A stretch of DNA of 64,000 nt, taken from contig JBIQJF010000005.1 of assembly GCA_044507675.1 (NCBI GenBank), forward strand, positions 14,708-78,707, written 5' to 3'. The DNA is from Opitutales bacterium (GTDB lineage Bacteria; Verrucomicrobiota; Verrucomicrobiia; Opitutales; Opitutaceae). Shown in pieces: positions 55,842-64,000 of this stretch; positions within the stretch are counted from its first letter, which is position 1; each line of letters starts with the position of its first letter. The position numbers and the translations under genes are program-made. The notes beneath the pieces were generated by a model. That model saw only the letters and a list, made by a program, of their open reading frames with translations. It ran no database searches and was not told the DNA's origin.

Positions 55842-57034
55842 CCGGCCAGCTCCGTGCTTCGCGTTGGTTTCACCCGTTCAAAAAGGTCTTCGAGTCCGTC
55901 GATGTAGCGGGGAAAATCGAAGCGCTCTGCGACGAGCGCCCTTCCCTGCTCACCCAACCGACGCGCGTAGTCACGGTCGCGCAGAAGCGCTTCCACGCGT
56001 CCGGCAAATCCCGCGCGATCCATTCTGGGTGCCAGCAGGCCGCTGACTCCGTCTTCGAGCCATTCGCGAACTCCACCCACGTCGAAAGCCACCACCGGAA
56101 GCCCGTGACGCAACGCCTCGAGCCCCGCCAGACCGAACGGTTCCGGCCACACCGAACTGAAAACCGCCATCGTCGCTGTCTGGTAATACGCCGCCACCTC
56201 GTCCGCGGGCACGTAGCCCGTGAATTTTACGCGACGTTCCAAACCCAGTCGCAGCGCGAGCTTTTCGCAATGCGCACGATGGTTGCCGTCGCCCATGATG
56301 ATGCACTCAAACGGCGTGCGCACCAGTGCGAGCGACTCGAGCAGCACATCAACGCCTTTACCGCGCACGATCTGCCCCGCGAAAACGATTCGGTTCAGCG
56401 CCCGCGCGTCCTCCGGAATCGGCGACTCCGGCAGCGCCCGCCCGGGCACGGGTGCATGGATCTCGATTTGTTCGGCGGAGAATCCGTTGCGACGCAGTTC
56501 TTCGAACATGTATTCGCTCGCCACGATCAACCGGGCGAAACGCCGATGCAGCGAGAGCTCCTGCTTTTTCCGCAGGTAATCGTCGAAAGCCAATGCCCAG
56601 CCCGTGGCGCGGCGCTGGACCACGCCGCCGCAGGGAATGAGACAAAGCGGCGAGAATGCGCGCGTGCAGGGCTCGCGACTCCACGAGGAGTAACGGCAGC
56701 CGCGCAGACAAAAGAGATGGTGATCATGCACCATGCGCACGACTGGAACCTCGCCCGCTGCCAAGCCCGCCGTCAGGGCGACTCCGGGAGAATTGTGCAG
56801 AAAGACGACCGATGGATTAAACTCCTGCAATGCCGTCCGGGCCGCATCGGGCTCTTGTGCGGAAAACCGCCGCGCAAATACCGCGCGCCATTGCTCCTCG
56901 CCACGCCCCGTGGACGCGCCATGCAGCAAAGCCAGCTCGTGACCGCGATCACGGAGCGCTGCAGCGACTTCCAACAGGTTGGCTTCGGCTCCCGCCCAAG
57001 CCCCCAAGTATTCATGAACGAACAGAACTTTCAT
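55838..57034 (-). CDS. GT4 glycosyltransferase
   Basis: GAE, HDH, FAGQIVRGKG, SVWPEPFGLAGLE. Confidence 0.92.
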   Translation of the reverse strand: MKVLFVHEYLGAWAGAEANLLEVAAALRDRGHELALLHGASTGRGEEQWRAVFARRFSAQEPDAARTALQEFNPSVVFLHNSPGVALTAGLAAGEVPVVRMVHDHHLFCLRGCRYSSWSREPCTRAFSPLCLIPCGGVVQRRATGWALAFDDYLRKKQELSLHRRFARLIVASEYMFEELRRNGFSAEQIEIHAPVPGRALPESPIPEDARALNRIVFAGQIVRGKGVDVLLESLALVRTPFECIIMGDGNHRAHCEKLALRLGLERRVKFTGYVPADEVAAYYQTATMAVFSSVWPEPFGLAGLEALRHGLPVVAFDVGGVREWLEDGVSGLLAPRMDRAGFAGRVEALLRDRDYARRLGEQGRALVAERFDFPRYIDGLEDLFERVKPTRSTELAG

Positions 57035-57192
57035 GGCGCGAAACGTTGGCTTTCATTGCCGCTACCATAACCGCCGCCACGGGGAATCCCCAGTGGGTGG
57101 AGACCCACAAAACAACGCATCCTGCGCCTACTTAGGTGCTTGCCTATCCGGCCGTCCCCTAGTGCGCCATCGGGCGAATTCCCACAGGTCGA

Positions 57193-57846
57193 TTATGCAC
57201 TTCCGACGCGCCGCGACTCGACTCTCACAAAGCCCTTTGAATAGGCGTAGGTGACGAGTTCGGCACTGGTGCGCAGGCCCAGCTTTGCCATGATCCGGCA
57301 ACGATGATTGCGCACGGTGATCTCACACAGGTTGACCGCTGCGGCGATTTCATCGTTGCCCAAGCCCTGACCGAAAAGTCGCAAGAGATCCTGCTCCCTG
57401 CTCGAAAGTATTTTGTCGAACGCCCCCGGATCATTGCGCAAGGCGGCCCATGCCTTCATGGCTCGCGGGGAAAAATACCTCTCACCGGACAACACTGCGT
57501 GAATCGCCGCGGCCAGTTGCCCGGAAGTATGGTCGTTCTTGTCCACGAACCCGTGCAACCGCGAGCCCAGCACGCGATAGACGGTGAACTCATCCACATA
57601 GCCGGAAAGCCCGATGATTTTCGCCTTCGGGCAGGTCGTAAGCAGGTCGTCGATCAGATCGAGCCCGTCGCAATCCGGCAGGGCAAGATCGAGGATCACG
57701 ATACCGGGTTTCTGCCGCCGGCAAAGCACCAGACCAGTGGCGGCGTCGCCCGCTCCGCGAGCCGTCGAACCGGGGATCGCTTCGCAACAAGCCCGAAGCA
57801 GCAAATCCCTCATCAGCGCGTGGTCTTCAATGACGGCAATCTTCAT
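57193..57846 (-). CDS. NarL/LuxR-family response regulator
   Basis: IEDH, ILDLALPD (phospho-Asp), LSSREQ..L.L...G..N.EIA LuxR HTH. Confidence 0.92.
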   Translation of the reverse strand: MKIAVIEDHALMRDLLLRACCEAIPGSTARGAGDAATGLVLCRRQKPGIVILDLALPDCDGLDLIDDLLTTCPKAKIIGLSGYVDEFTVYRVLGSRLHGFVDKNDHTSGQLAAAIHAVLSGERYFSPRAMKAWAALRNDPGAFDKILSSREQDLLRLFGQGLGNDEIAAAVNLCEITVRNHRCRIMAKLGLRTSAELVTYAYSKGFVRVESRRVGSA

Positions 57847-58031
57847 CGGAAAGCCCACAATTCCAGCATTCTCCCGTTCAGCAAGCCCGGAGGTGTGATG
57901 TTTAAACACCAAATGCACCTTTTGACGCGGTGGTATTTCAATCCCTACTTCGTGGGGTGATTTCTCCTCGCAACTCCGTGCCTTTCCCTATGGCGGGAAC
58001 CGGCCAAGAAATTAAGCTCAACCAACCAAAC

Positions 58032-61000
58032 ATGTCCTTGCCGCCGACTCCACCTGCCGATGCCGGCCGGGCCCTGCCAAAACGTTCCCTCGACCTCGCC
58101 ATGACCGGCGGAAAGGTGGGTGTATGGGAATGGAACATTGCCACCAATCACTTGCAATGGAGCGAGCCGGTTTACGCCATTCATGGGGTCGAGCCCGACA
58201 AGTTCGAGGTCACATTCGAGAGTTTCTTTCGTCTCATCCATCCCGAGGATGCCGATCGCGTGCATCGGGCGATCGACGAAGCCCTGAAAAGCGACGCCCC
58301 CTGCGAAATCGAGTTCAGGGTCATCCGACCGGATGGTCAGGTCATCTGGGTGTTCACCAACGCCACCGTCGAACGCCACCGCGGGCGTCCTATCCGGATG
58401 GCCGGCGCCATGGTGGATGTATCGAGCCGGCATCAGGTCAATGACACCAGCCTTTGGCTGGCGGCGATCGTGGACTCGTCCGACGACGCCATCATCAGCA
58501 AAAACCTCGACAGCATCATCACGAGTTGGAACGCCGCAGCCCAGCGTCTTTTCGGTTACTCCGCCAACGAGACCATCGGCCGTTCGGTGACGATGCTCAT
58601 GCCAGACGACCGGAAGAATGAGGAAGTCGCGCTGTTGGAACGCATCCGCCGGAGTGAGCGGGTTGAACACTTTGAAACGGTGCGCCAGCGCCGGGACGGT
58701 TCCCTGTTCGAAGTCAGCCTCACGGTTTCGCCGGTCAAGGATGCCGAAGGCCGCATTGTTGGCGCAACCAAGATTGTCCGCGATATTTCCGATAGAAAAA
58801 AGCAGCAGGGCGCGCTGCGCATGAGCGAGGAACGCTTCCGGCTGCTGGCCTGCAACGCCCCGGTGGGAATATTCCTGTCCAACGAGAGAGGCGGCTGCAT
58901 GTTCGTCAATGCGCGCTGGAGCGAGATGGCGGGCCTGCCACCCGAACAGGCGGAAGGCAGCGGCTGGATCGCCGCCGTGCATCCCGAGGATCGCGAGCGC
59001 GTGGCCGCCGGCTGGCAGCAGGCGGTGGAACGCGCGCACCCTTCGGTTTCCGAGTTCAGGTTCCTGCGGCCCGACGGCAGCGTCGTCTGGGTGCACGGCA
59101 GCGCGGTGCGCTTCGACAACGGCGGCACCTTTCACGGCTATCTCGGAAGCTGCCTCGACATCACGCAGCGGAAACAAGCGGAACTGCAGACGAAGTTCCT
59201 GCACGACCTCGGCGACCGGCTGGCCGTGTTGGGCGATCCCGCGCGCATTCGCTCGGCCGCGCAGGTGGCACTCGGCGAGCATCTCGGCGCAAACCGGTGC
59301 TTCTTTGTCGAAATCAACACCGAGGAAACAGGCGGCAGCATCTCCGATGATTGGCATCGTCCCGGGCTGGACAGCTTGGCTGGCCGCCACCTGCTGTCAC
59401 AATACGGCTCGCGTGATTTGCGCGACCGCATCGCGCGCCAGCAATTTTCCGTTTTCGACGTGTGGCTGCATCATAGCACCCGCACGCAACGCGAGAGATT
59501 CTCCTCACTCGACATCCGGTCGCTTGCGACTGCCGCCTTTTGGCAGGACGGCCGCTGGGTTTACTCGCTGGTGGTCACCAGCGCAGAACCACGTCACTGG
59601 ACGCAGGCGGAAATGGAACTCGTCGAGGACGTCGCCGCACGCGTCGGCCCCATCATCGAACAGGCGCGCGCGAGCCAGGCACTGCGCCAGAGCGAAAGAC
59701 TATATCGCGCTATCGGCGAATCCATCAACTACGGCATCTGGGTCTGCGGTCCCGACGGTCACAACCTGTATGCGAGCGATTCCTTCCTCAAGTTGGTGGG
59801 CCTGACCCAACAGCAGTGCTCTGAATTCGGCTGGGCGGGCATTCTCCATCCCGACGAAGTGGCGGCAACCACCGCGGCGTGGAGGGAATGCCTCCGCACG
59901 GGCTCATTTTGGGAACGCGAACACTCCGTCAAAGGTGCCGACGGGCGCTGGCATCCCATCCTCGCGCGCGGTGTGCCCGTCCGCGACGAAAACGGCCGGA
60001 TCCAGCACTGGGTTGGCATCAACCTCGACATCTCCGCTATCAAGGAAGTGCAAAACGCCGCCCGTCGCGGCGAGAACCAGCTCCGGCTCGTGACCGATCA
60101 CGCCTCGGTTTTTCTCGCCCACTGCGATCGTCAGCACCGCTTCAAGTTCGTCAACCAGCCCTACGCCGAGCGCCACATGCTCACTCGTGAGGAAATCATC
60201 GGGCACCACGTGTCAGAACTGACCGGCAGCGAAGCTTACGCGAAATTCAAGCATCGCATGGACGACTGCCTGGCGGGCCGGCGGATCGAATTCGAAGAAG
60301 AAATCCCCTACCAGACGATTGGGCAGCGCTGGGTGCACGTAATCTACGAACCGGAGCGCGCGCCCGATGGCGAAGTCGTCGGCCTCGTGGCTGCCATCGT
60401 GGATGTGACCGAGCGGAAGCGGGTGGAATTCGAGCTGTCGCGCGCGCGCGACAAGGCGCTGGCGGCCTCACGCGCCAAGGATGAGTTCCTGGCCTCATTG
60501 TCCCACGAATTGCGCACGCCCCTCAATCCCGTGCTGCTCCTCGCCAGCGATGCGGCCCACAATCCGGCGCTCACGCCCGAAGTCCGCGACAGCTTCGAGA
60601 TCATCCGGCGCAACATCAGTCACGAAGCACGCCTCATTGACGACCTGCTCGATCACACGCGCATCGTGCGAGGCAAACTGCAGCTCGATAAGACCCGGGT
60701 TGACCTGCATGCCGTGCTGCAAGAAGCGGTGGAGAGCATCCAACCCGACATCGAGCGCAGGCATCTCAACCTCCAGCTTTTCCTCGGCGCGCGCCAGACG
60801 GCGGTCATCGGCGACGTGGTCCGGTTGCAGCAAATCTTCGTCAACGTGCTCCAGAACGCGGTGAAGTTCACCCAGGAAGGCGGACAGATCACCGTGATTT
60901 CACGCGTCGCGGCGGAAACGGACCGGCTGATCGTGGAGATCCGGGACAACGGAATGGGCATGGCGCCGACGGAAATTGAGCAGGTGTTCACGGCATTCAC

Positions 61001-61607
61001 TCGTGGTAATCACGGGACCGGAAATCACCGCTTCGGCGGGCTGGGCCTCGGACTCGCCATATCCAGCCAGCTGGTCGAGCTACACGGCGGACGCATCCAT
61101 GCTTCCAGTCCCGGACGGAACCGCGGCTCCACCTTTGTCATCGAACTTCCGCTCGCGATGCCGGAAGGCGCAGAGTCCTCGCCCGCTCCGGTTGATACAT
61201 CACCCGCGGAGCAACCCGAACCGACGCCCCCTGTCCGCAGCATATTATTGGTGGAAGACCATGTTTCCACACGCGAAACCCTGAAAAGGCTCCTCTCCCG
61301 CCGGAATTACGAGGTAGTCGCGGCCGGCACGGTAGCGGATGCCCTGGCGCAGGCTAACGTCCGTTCGTTTGATTTCCTGGTATCGGATGTGGGCCTGCCC
61401 GACGGCGACGGCTACCAATTGATGGCCGCCATCAGGAAAATCCAACCGAACCTTCGCGGGATCGCGCTGAGTGGCTACGGCATGGAGGACGACTTGCAGC
61501 GATCCCACAACGGCGGGTTCGTCAGTCACCTCGTGAAACCGGTGAGCATCAGCCTGCTGGAAAATGCGCTGGCCCAAGCCGCACCCGTCGCCGCGACTTC
61601 CGCCTGA
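58032..61607 (+). CDS. Hybrid sensor histidine kinase: 5 PAS + GAF + HisKA + HATPase + REC
   Basis: Repeated PAS/PAC motifs (DIS.RK, DIT.RK, DVT.RK), SHELRTPL, NAVKFT, GLGLGL, C-terminal VEDH..SDVGLPD. Confidence 0.93.
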   Translation: MSLPPTPPADAGRALPKRSLDLAMTGGKVGVWEWNIATNHLQWSEPVYAIHGVEPDKFEVTFESFFRLIHPEDADRVHRAIDEALKSDAPCEIEFRVIRPDGQVIWVFTNATVERHRGRPIRMAGAMVDVSSRHQVNDTSLWLAAIVDSSDDAIISKNLDSIITSWNAAAQRLFGYSANETIGRSVTMLMPDDRKNEEVALLERIRRSERVEHFETVRQRRDGSLFEVSLTVSPVKDAEGRIVGATKIVRDISDRKKQQGALRMSEERFRLLACNAPVGIFLSNERGGCMFVNARWSEMAGLPPEQAEGSGWIAAVHPEDRERVAAGWQQAVERAHPSVSEFRFLRPDGSVVWVHGSAVRFDNGGTFHGYLGSCLDITQRKQAELQTKFLHDLGDRLAVLGDPARIRSAAQVALGEHLGANRCFFVEINTEETGGSISDDWHRPGLDSLAGRHLLSQYGSRDLRDRIARQQFSVFDVWLHHSTRTQRERFSSLDIRSLATAAFWQDGRWVYSLVVTSAEPRHWTQAEMELVEDVAARVGPIIEQARASQALRQSERLYRAIGESINYGIWVCGPDGHNLYASDSFLKLVGLTQQQCSEFGWAGILHPDEVAATTAAWRECLRTGSFWEREHSVKGADGRWHPILARGVPVRDENGRIQHWVGINLDISAIKEVQNAARRGENQLRLVTDHASVFLAHCDRQHRFKFVNQPYAERHMLTREEIIGHHVSELTGSEAYAKFKHRMDDCLAGRRIEFEEEIPYQTIGQRWVHVIYEPERAPDGEVVGLVAAIVDVTERKRVEFELSRARDKALAASRAKDEFLASLSHELRTPLNPVLLLASDAAHNPALTPEVRDSFEIIRRNISHEARLIDDLLDHTRIVRGKLQLDKTRVDLHAVLQEAVESIQPDIERRHLNLQLFLGARQTAVIGDVVRLQQIFVNVLQNAVKFTQEGGQITVISRVAAETDRLIVEIRDNGMGMAPTEIEQVFTAFTRGNHGTGNHRFGGLGLGLAISSQLVELHGGRIHASSPGRNRGSTFVIELPLAMPEGAESSPAPVDTSPAEQPEPTPPVRSILLVEDHVSTRETLKRLLSRRNYEVVAAGTVADALAQANVRSFDFLVSDVGLPDGDGYQLMAAIRKIQPNLRGIALSGYGMEDDLQRSHNGGFVSHLVKPVSISLLENALAQAAPVAATSA

Positions 61608-61626
61608 TATTTTTCGGGAAAAGCAC

Positions 61627-63462
61627 ATGGTCCAACCAACCTCCCGTTCCACTCCTTCCACCTCCGGCCGGGCCAGGCCGGGGCTGCGCAAGAACGGCCA
61701 CGTCACGACGAACGCATCCGTCACCGACATTTCTCCTCCGATGAAAACAAAAATTCCCCGTGGCAAAAAAACAGCCACACCGCGTGCGCGCACACGCCTG
61801 CGCAACACCCCTTCCGTTCTCATCGCCGCCGACGAACTCGGCCGCCTCCAGCAGAATCTTCGCATGGCGATGGAAACCATCGCCACCCTTCGACAGGAGG
61901 AGCCCAACGGCGCGGCCGGAGAGCAGGCGCGCTCCGAGGCGAACACTGATCAACCGTATCGGCTTTACGTCGAACGCATGCAGGAAGGCGCCGTCACCCT
62001 CGCGCCCGACGGACTCATCCTTCACTGCAACCCCCGCTTTGCCGAGATGCTCGGGATGCCGCTCGACCGCGTGACCGGCAGCAACATCTTTCGTTTCATT
62101 CCGGTCGAAGCGTGGCGGCGCCTGGAGGAGGTCTTCAAGGATCGTCTCGAAGTGGTGAAATACGAGACAGTGCTCCGGAGTGGCACCGATTCAGGCCGTC
62201 CGATCACGCTTTCCGCCAGCCGCTTTTCCTCTGCTGATACGAGCCGGATATGCCTGCTGGTGGCCGACCTGATCGTTCAGAAGGAAAAGGAAGACCTGCG
62301 GCTCGCCAAGGAAGCCGCGGAGCGTTCCAGCGCCGCGAAGGATGAATTTCTCGCCGCACTGTCCCACGAATTGCGCACGCCCCTGACCCCCGCGCTCATG
62401 GCCGCCACGGTCTTGGAGAAGGACACCGGACTGCCGGAAACCGCTCGCTCCGACATTTCACTCATCCGGCGCAACATCGAACTCGAAGCGCGGCTGATCG
62501 ACGATCTCCTGGACCTGACGCTCATCACTCACGGAAAACTCACGCTCCAGACTGATGAAATCAATCTTCACACCAGCCTTAACCGCGCCATCGAAGGCTG
62601 CCAGGGCGATGCCCGACTCAAGCGATTGAACATCCAGATCGAACTTAATGCGAAGCAGACCATCATCATGGGCGACCCGGTGCGCGTGCAGCAGGCCTGC
62701 TGGAACGTGCTCCGCAACGCCGTGAAATTCACGGCCGAGCGCGGCACCATTTCCATCAGCACCGGCAACGACGATCACAACCACATTTGGGTGCGTATCA
62801 CCGACTCCGGCCGCGGCTTCACCTACGATCAGGCGGCGCGAATCTTCGATCCTTTCGAACAGGGCGACCGGCACATCACGCGTCAGTTTGGCGGCCTCGG
62901 TCTCGGTCTGGCCATCACCCGCTCCATCATGCACGCGCACGGCGGCGGGATCGAGGGCCAAAGCCCGGGCCTTAACCAAGGGGCGACCTTCACGCTGCGT
63001 TTTCCGCTGGCTCGTGCCATTGCTAAAAAGAAGAGCGAAAAGCCCGCTGCGCGCTCGCCGGCCCAACCCTCCGGCCTGAACATCCTGCTCGTCGACGACC
63101 ACAAGGACACGCGCGTCTGCATCCAGCGCCTGCTCGAGGCCAACTCCCATCGGGTCACGTCGGCGGGCACCGCCCACGATGCCCTCGGGCTCGCGGAAAC
63201 GAGCAAATTCGACCTCATCATCAGCGACCTTGGCCTGCCCGACCTGAGCGGCTATGAACTCATGCACCGCCTCCATACCCGCTTCAATTTGCCGGGAATT
63301 GCGCTAAGCGGGTATGGCATGGAAGCCGACCAGGTCCAAAGCCGTGAAGCCGGTTTTCAATACCATCTCACCAAGCCCGTGAGCTTTGATCGCCTGAAAA
63401 GCTTCGTTGCGGAATTCGCCGCAAGCCGGGAGGATGCCCCCGAGACCGCCTCTTCGCCATGA
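61627..63462 (+). CDS. Hybrid sensor histidine kinase: PAS + HisKA + HATPase + REC
   Basis: PYRLYVERMQEGAVTL PAS, SHELRTPL, NAVKFT, GLGLGL, VDDH..SDLGLPD; start uncertain. Confidence 0.9.
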   Translation: MVQPTSRSTPSTSGRARPGLRKNGHVTTNASVTDISPPMKTKIPRGKKTATPRARTRLRNTPSVLIAADELGRLQQNLRMAMETIATLRQEEPNGAAGEQARSEANTDQPYRLYVERMQEGAVTLAPDGLILHCNPRFAEMLGMPLDRVTGSNIFRFIPVEAWRRLEEVFKDRLEVVKYETVLRSGTDSGRPITLSASRFSSADTSRICLLVADLIVQKEKEDLRLAKEAAERSSAAKDEFLAALSHELRTPLTPALMAATVLEKDTGLPETARSDISLIRRNIELEARLIDDLLDLTLITHGKLTLQTDEINLHTSLNRAIEGCQGDARLKRLNIQIELNAKQTIIMGDPVRVQQACWNVLRNAVKFTAERGTISISTGNDDHNHIWVRITDSGRGFTYDQAARIFDPFEQGDRHITRQFGGLGLGLAITRSIMHAHGGGIEGQSPGLNQGATFTLRFPLARAIAKKKSEKPAARSPAQPSGLNILLVDDHKDTRVCIQRLLEANSHRVTSAGTAHDALGLAETSKFDLIISDLGLPDLSGYELMHRLHTRFNLPGIALSGYGMEADQVQSREAGFQYHLTKPVSFDRLKSFVAEFAASREDAPETASSP

Positions 63463-64000
63463 AAAGCACGACCGTTTACCTCGCCCAGCTGACCGAGCCG
63501 GTCCGGGAAACGGCTCTGCTCGCCGCCCGCGAGACTTTTCCGCGGGCGCAACTGGTTTCCGTGCAATCGGTGGAGGAAGCAATCCAACTATCCGGACCGG
63601 ACCGGCAGCTGCTCGTGGTGGGTGAAGTTGGCGAAGCGTGGCTTGGCATCGCCGCCCAGACCATGACCGGCGGCGAACTGCCGCGCTGGGCCGTGGTGCA
63701 CATTGGACAGAATCCGTCCGACCTCGTCGAAACCGTTACGCCTCGGGAATGTTCGGTGCGGCTCCTTGCCCGGATCTTCCGCTCCGCCGTGCTTCACCAT
63801 GAACTGCTGCGCGAGAATCTTCAGCTGCGCGGCGATCTGCGCACCCTCTCACGCCGCTTCAATCACGACCTTCGCACGCCGCTCGGCTGCATCGATGCCG
63901 CTTGCACACTTTTCAACGAAGTGCCGGGAGCCGCGGAAGATCCGCACGCCGCGGATGCGCTCGCGGCGATCCGCACCGCCGCGACGGAAATAGATACGCT
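63459..64000 (+). CDS. Histidine kinase-like protein, 3' truncated by window edge (not in ORF track)
   Basis: ATGA overlap with the previous stop; open frame MKSTTVYLAQL...FNHDLRTPLGCI (H-box). Confidence 0.75.
   Translation, partial: MKSTTVYLAQLTEPVRETALLAARETFPRAQLVSVQSVEEAIQLSGPDRQLLVVGEVGEAWLGIAAQTMTGGELPRWAVVHIGQNPSDLVETVTPRECSVRLLARIFRSAVLHHELLRENLQLRGDLRTLSRRFNHDLRTPLGCIDAACTLFNEVPGAAEDPHAADALAAIRTAATEIDT

Noticed and set aside
1-64000. CRISPR array
   Set aside because: No series of constant-length repeats with unique spacers and no cas genes; the repeats seen are short-unit tandems or palindromes
36000-64000. Prophage or ICE
   Set aside because: No phage structural, integrase, relaxase or T4SS genes; the pilin-like genes are T2SS pseudopilins

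Overview
Bacterial chromosome segment, most consistent with Verrucomicrobia (Opitutaceae-like). That assignment is an inference from gene content and repeat style. Bases 1-36 kb are mostly housekeeping genes: transporters, parA-like, rnc, mfd, SurA-like PPIase, radC, tRNA-Tyr, cls, desaturase, thrC, aspartokinase, plsY, serA, trpS. They are interrupted by a decayed ~7.5 kb integrative island at tRNA-Cys (4762-12254). The island has a 21-bp att repeat, matching tandem arm-type sites at both ends, an integrase stump, hicAB, an orphan higA, and a 1590-aa PD-(D/E)xK nuclease + SF2 helicase followed by 13 helicase-associated (HA) repeats with no methyltransferase. Bases 36-64 kb look accessory: SDR, topoisomerase IB, a partial T2SS (C-like, G-M), an unusual glycan locus and a multi-PAS two-component cluster. 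The glycan locus holds a monotopic PGT, GTs, a WaaL/Wzy-like protein, a Pol-beta-type nucleotidyltransferase, an NPP-family phosphodiesterase, uridine kinase, a degenerate NDP-sugar pyrophosphorylase, STAS and FkbM. Intergenic spaces, and the mfd coding sequence itself, carry several palindromic repeat families: GGAG-tagged REPs with covarying stems, and 6/7/9-nt tandem-unit palindromes. All calls come from reading motifs by eye; no database searches were run.
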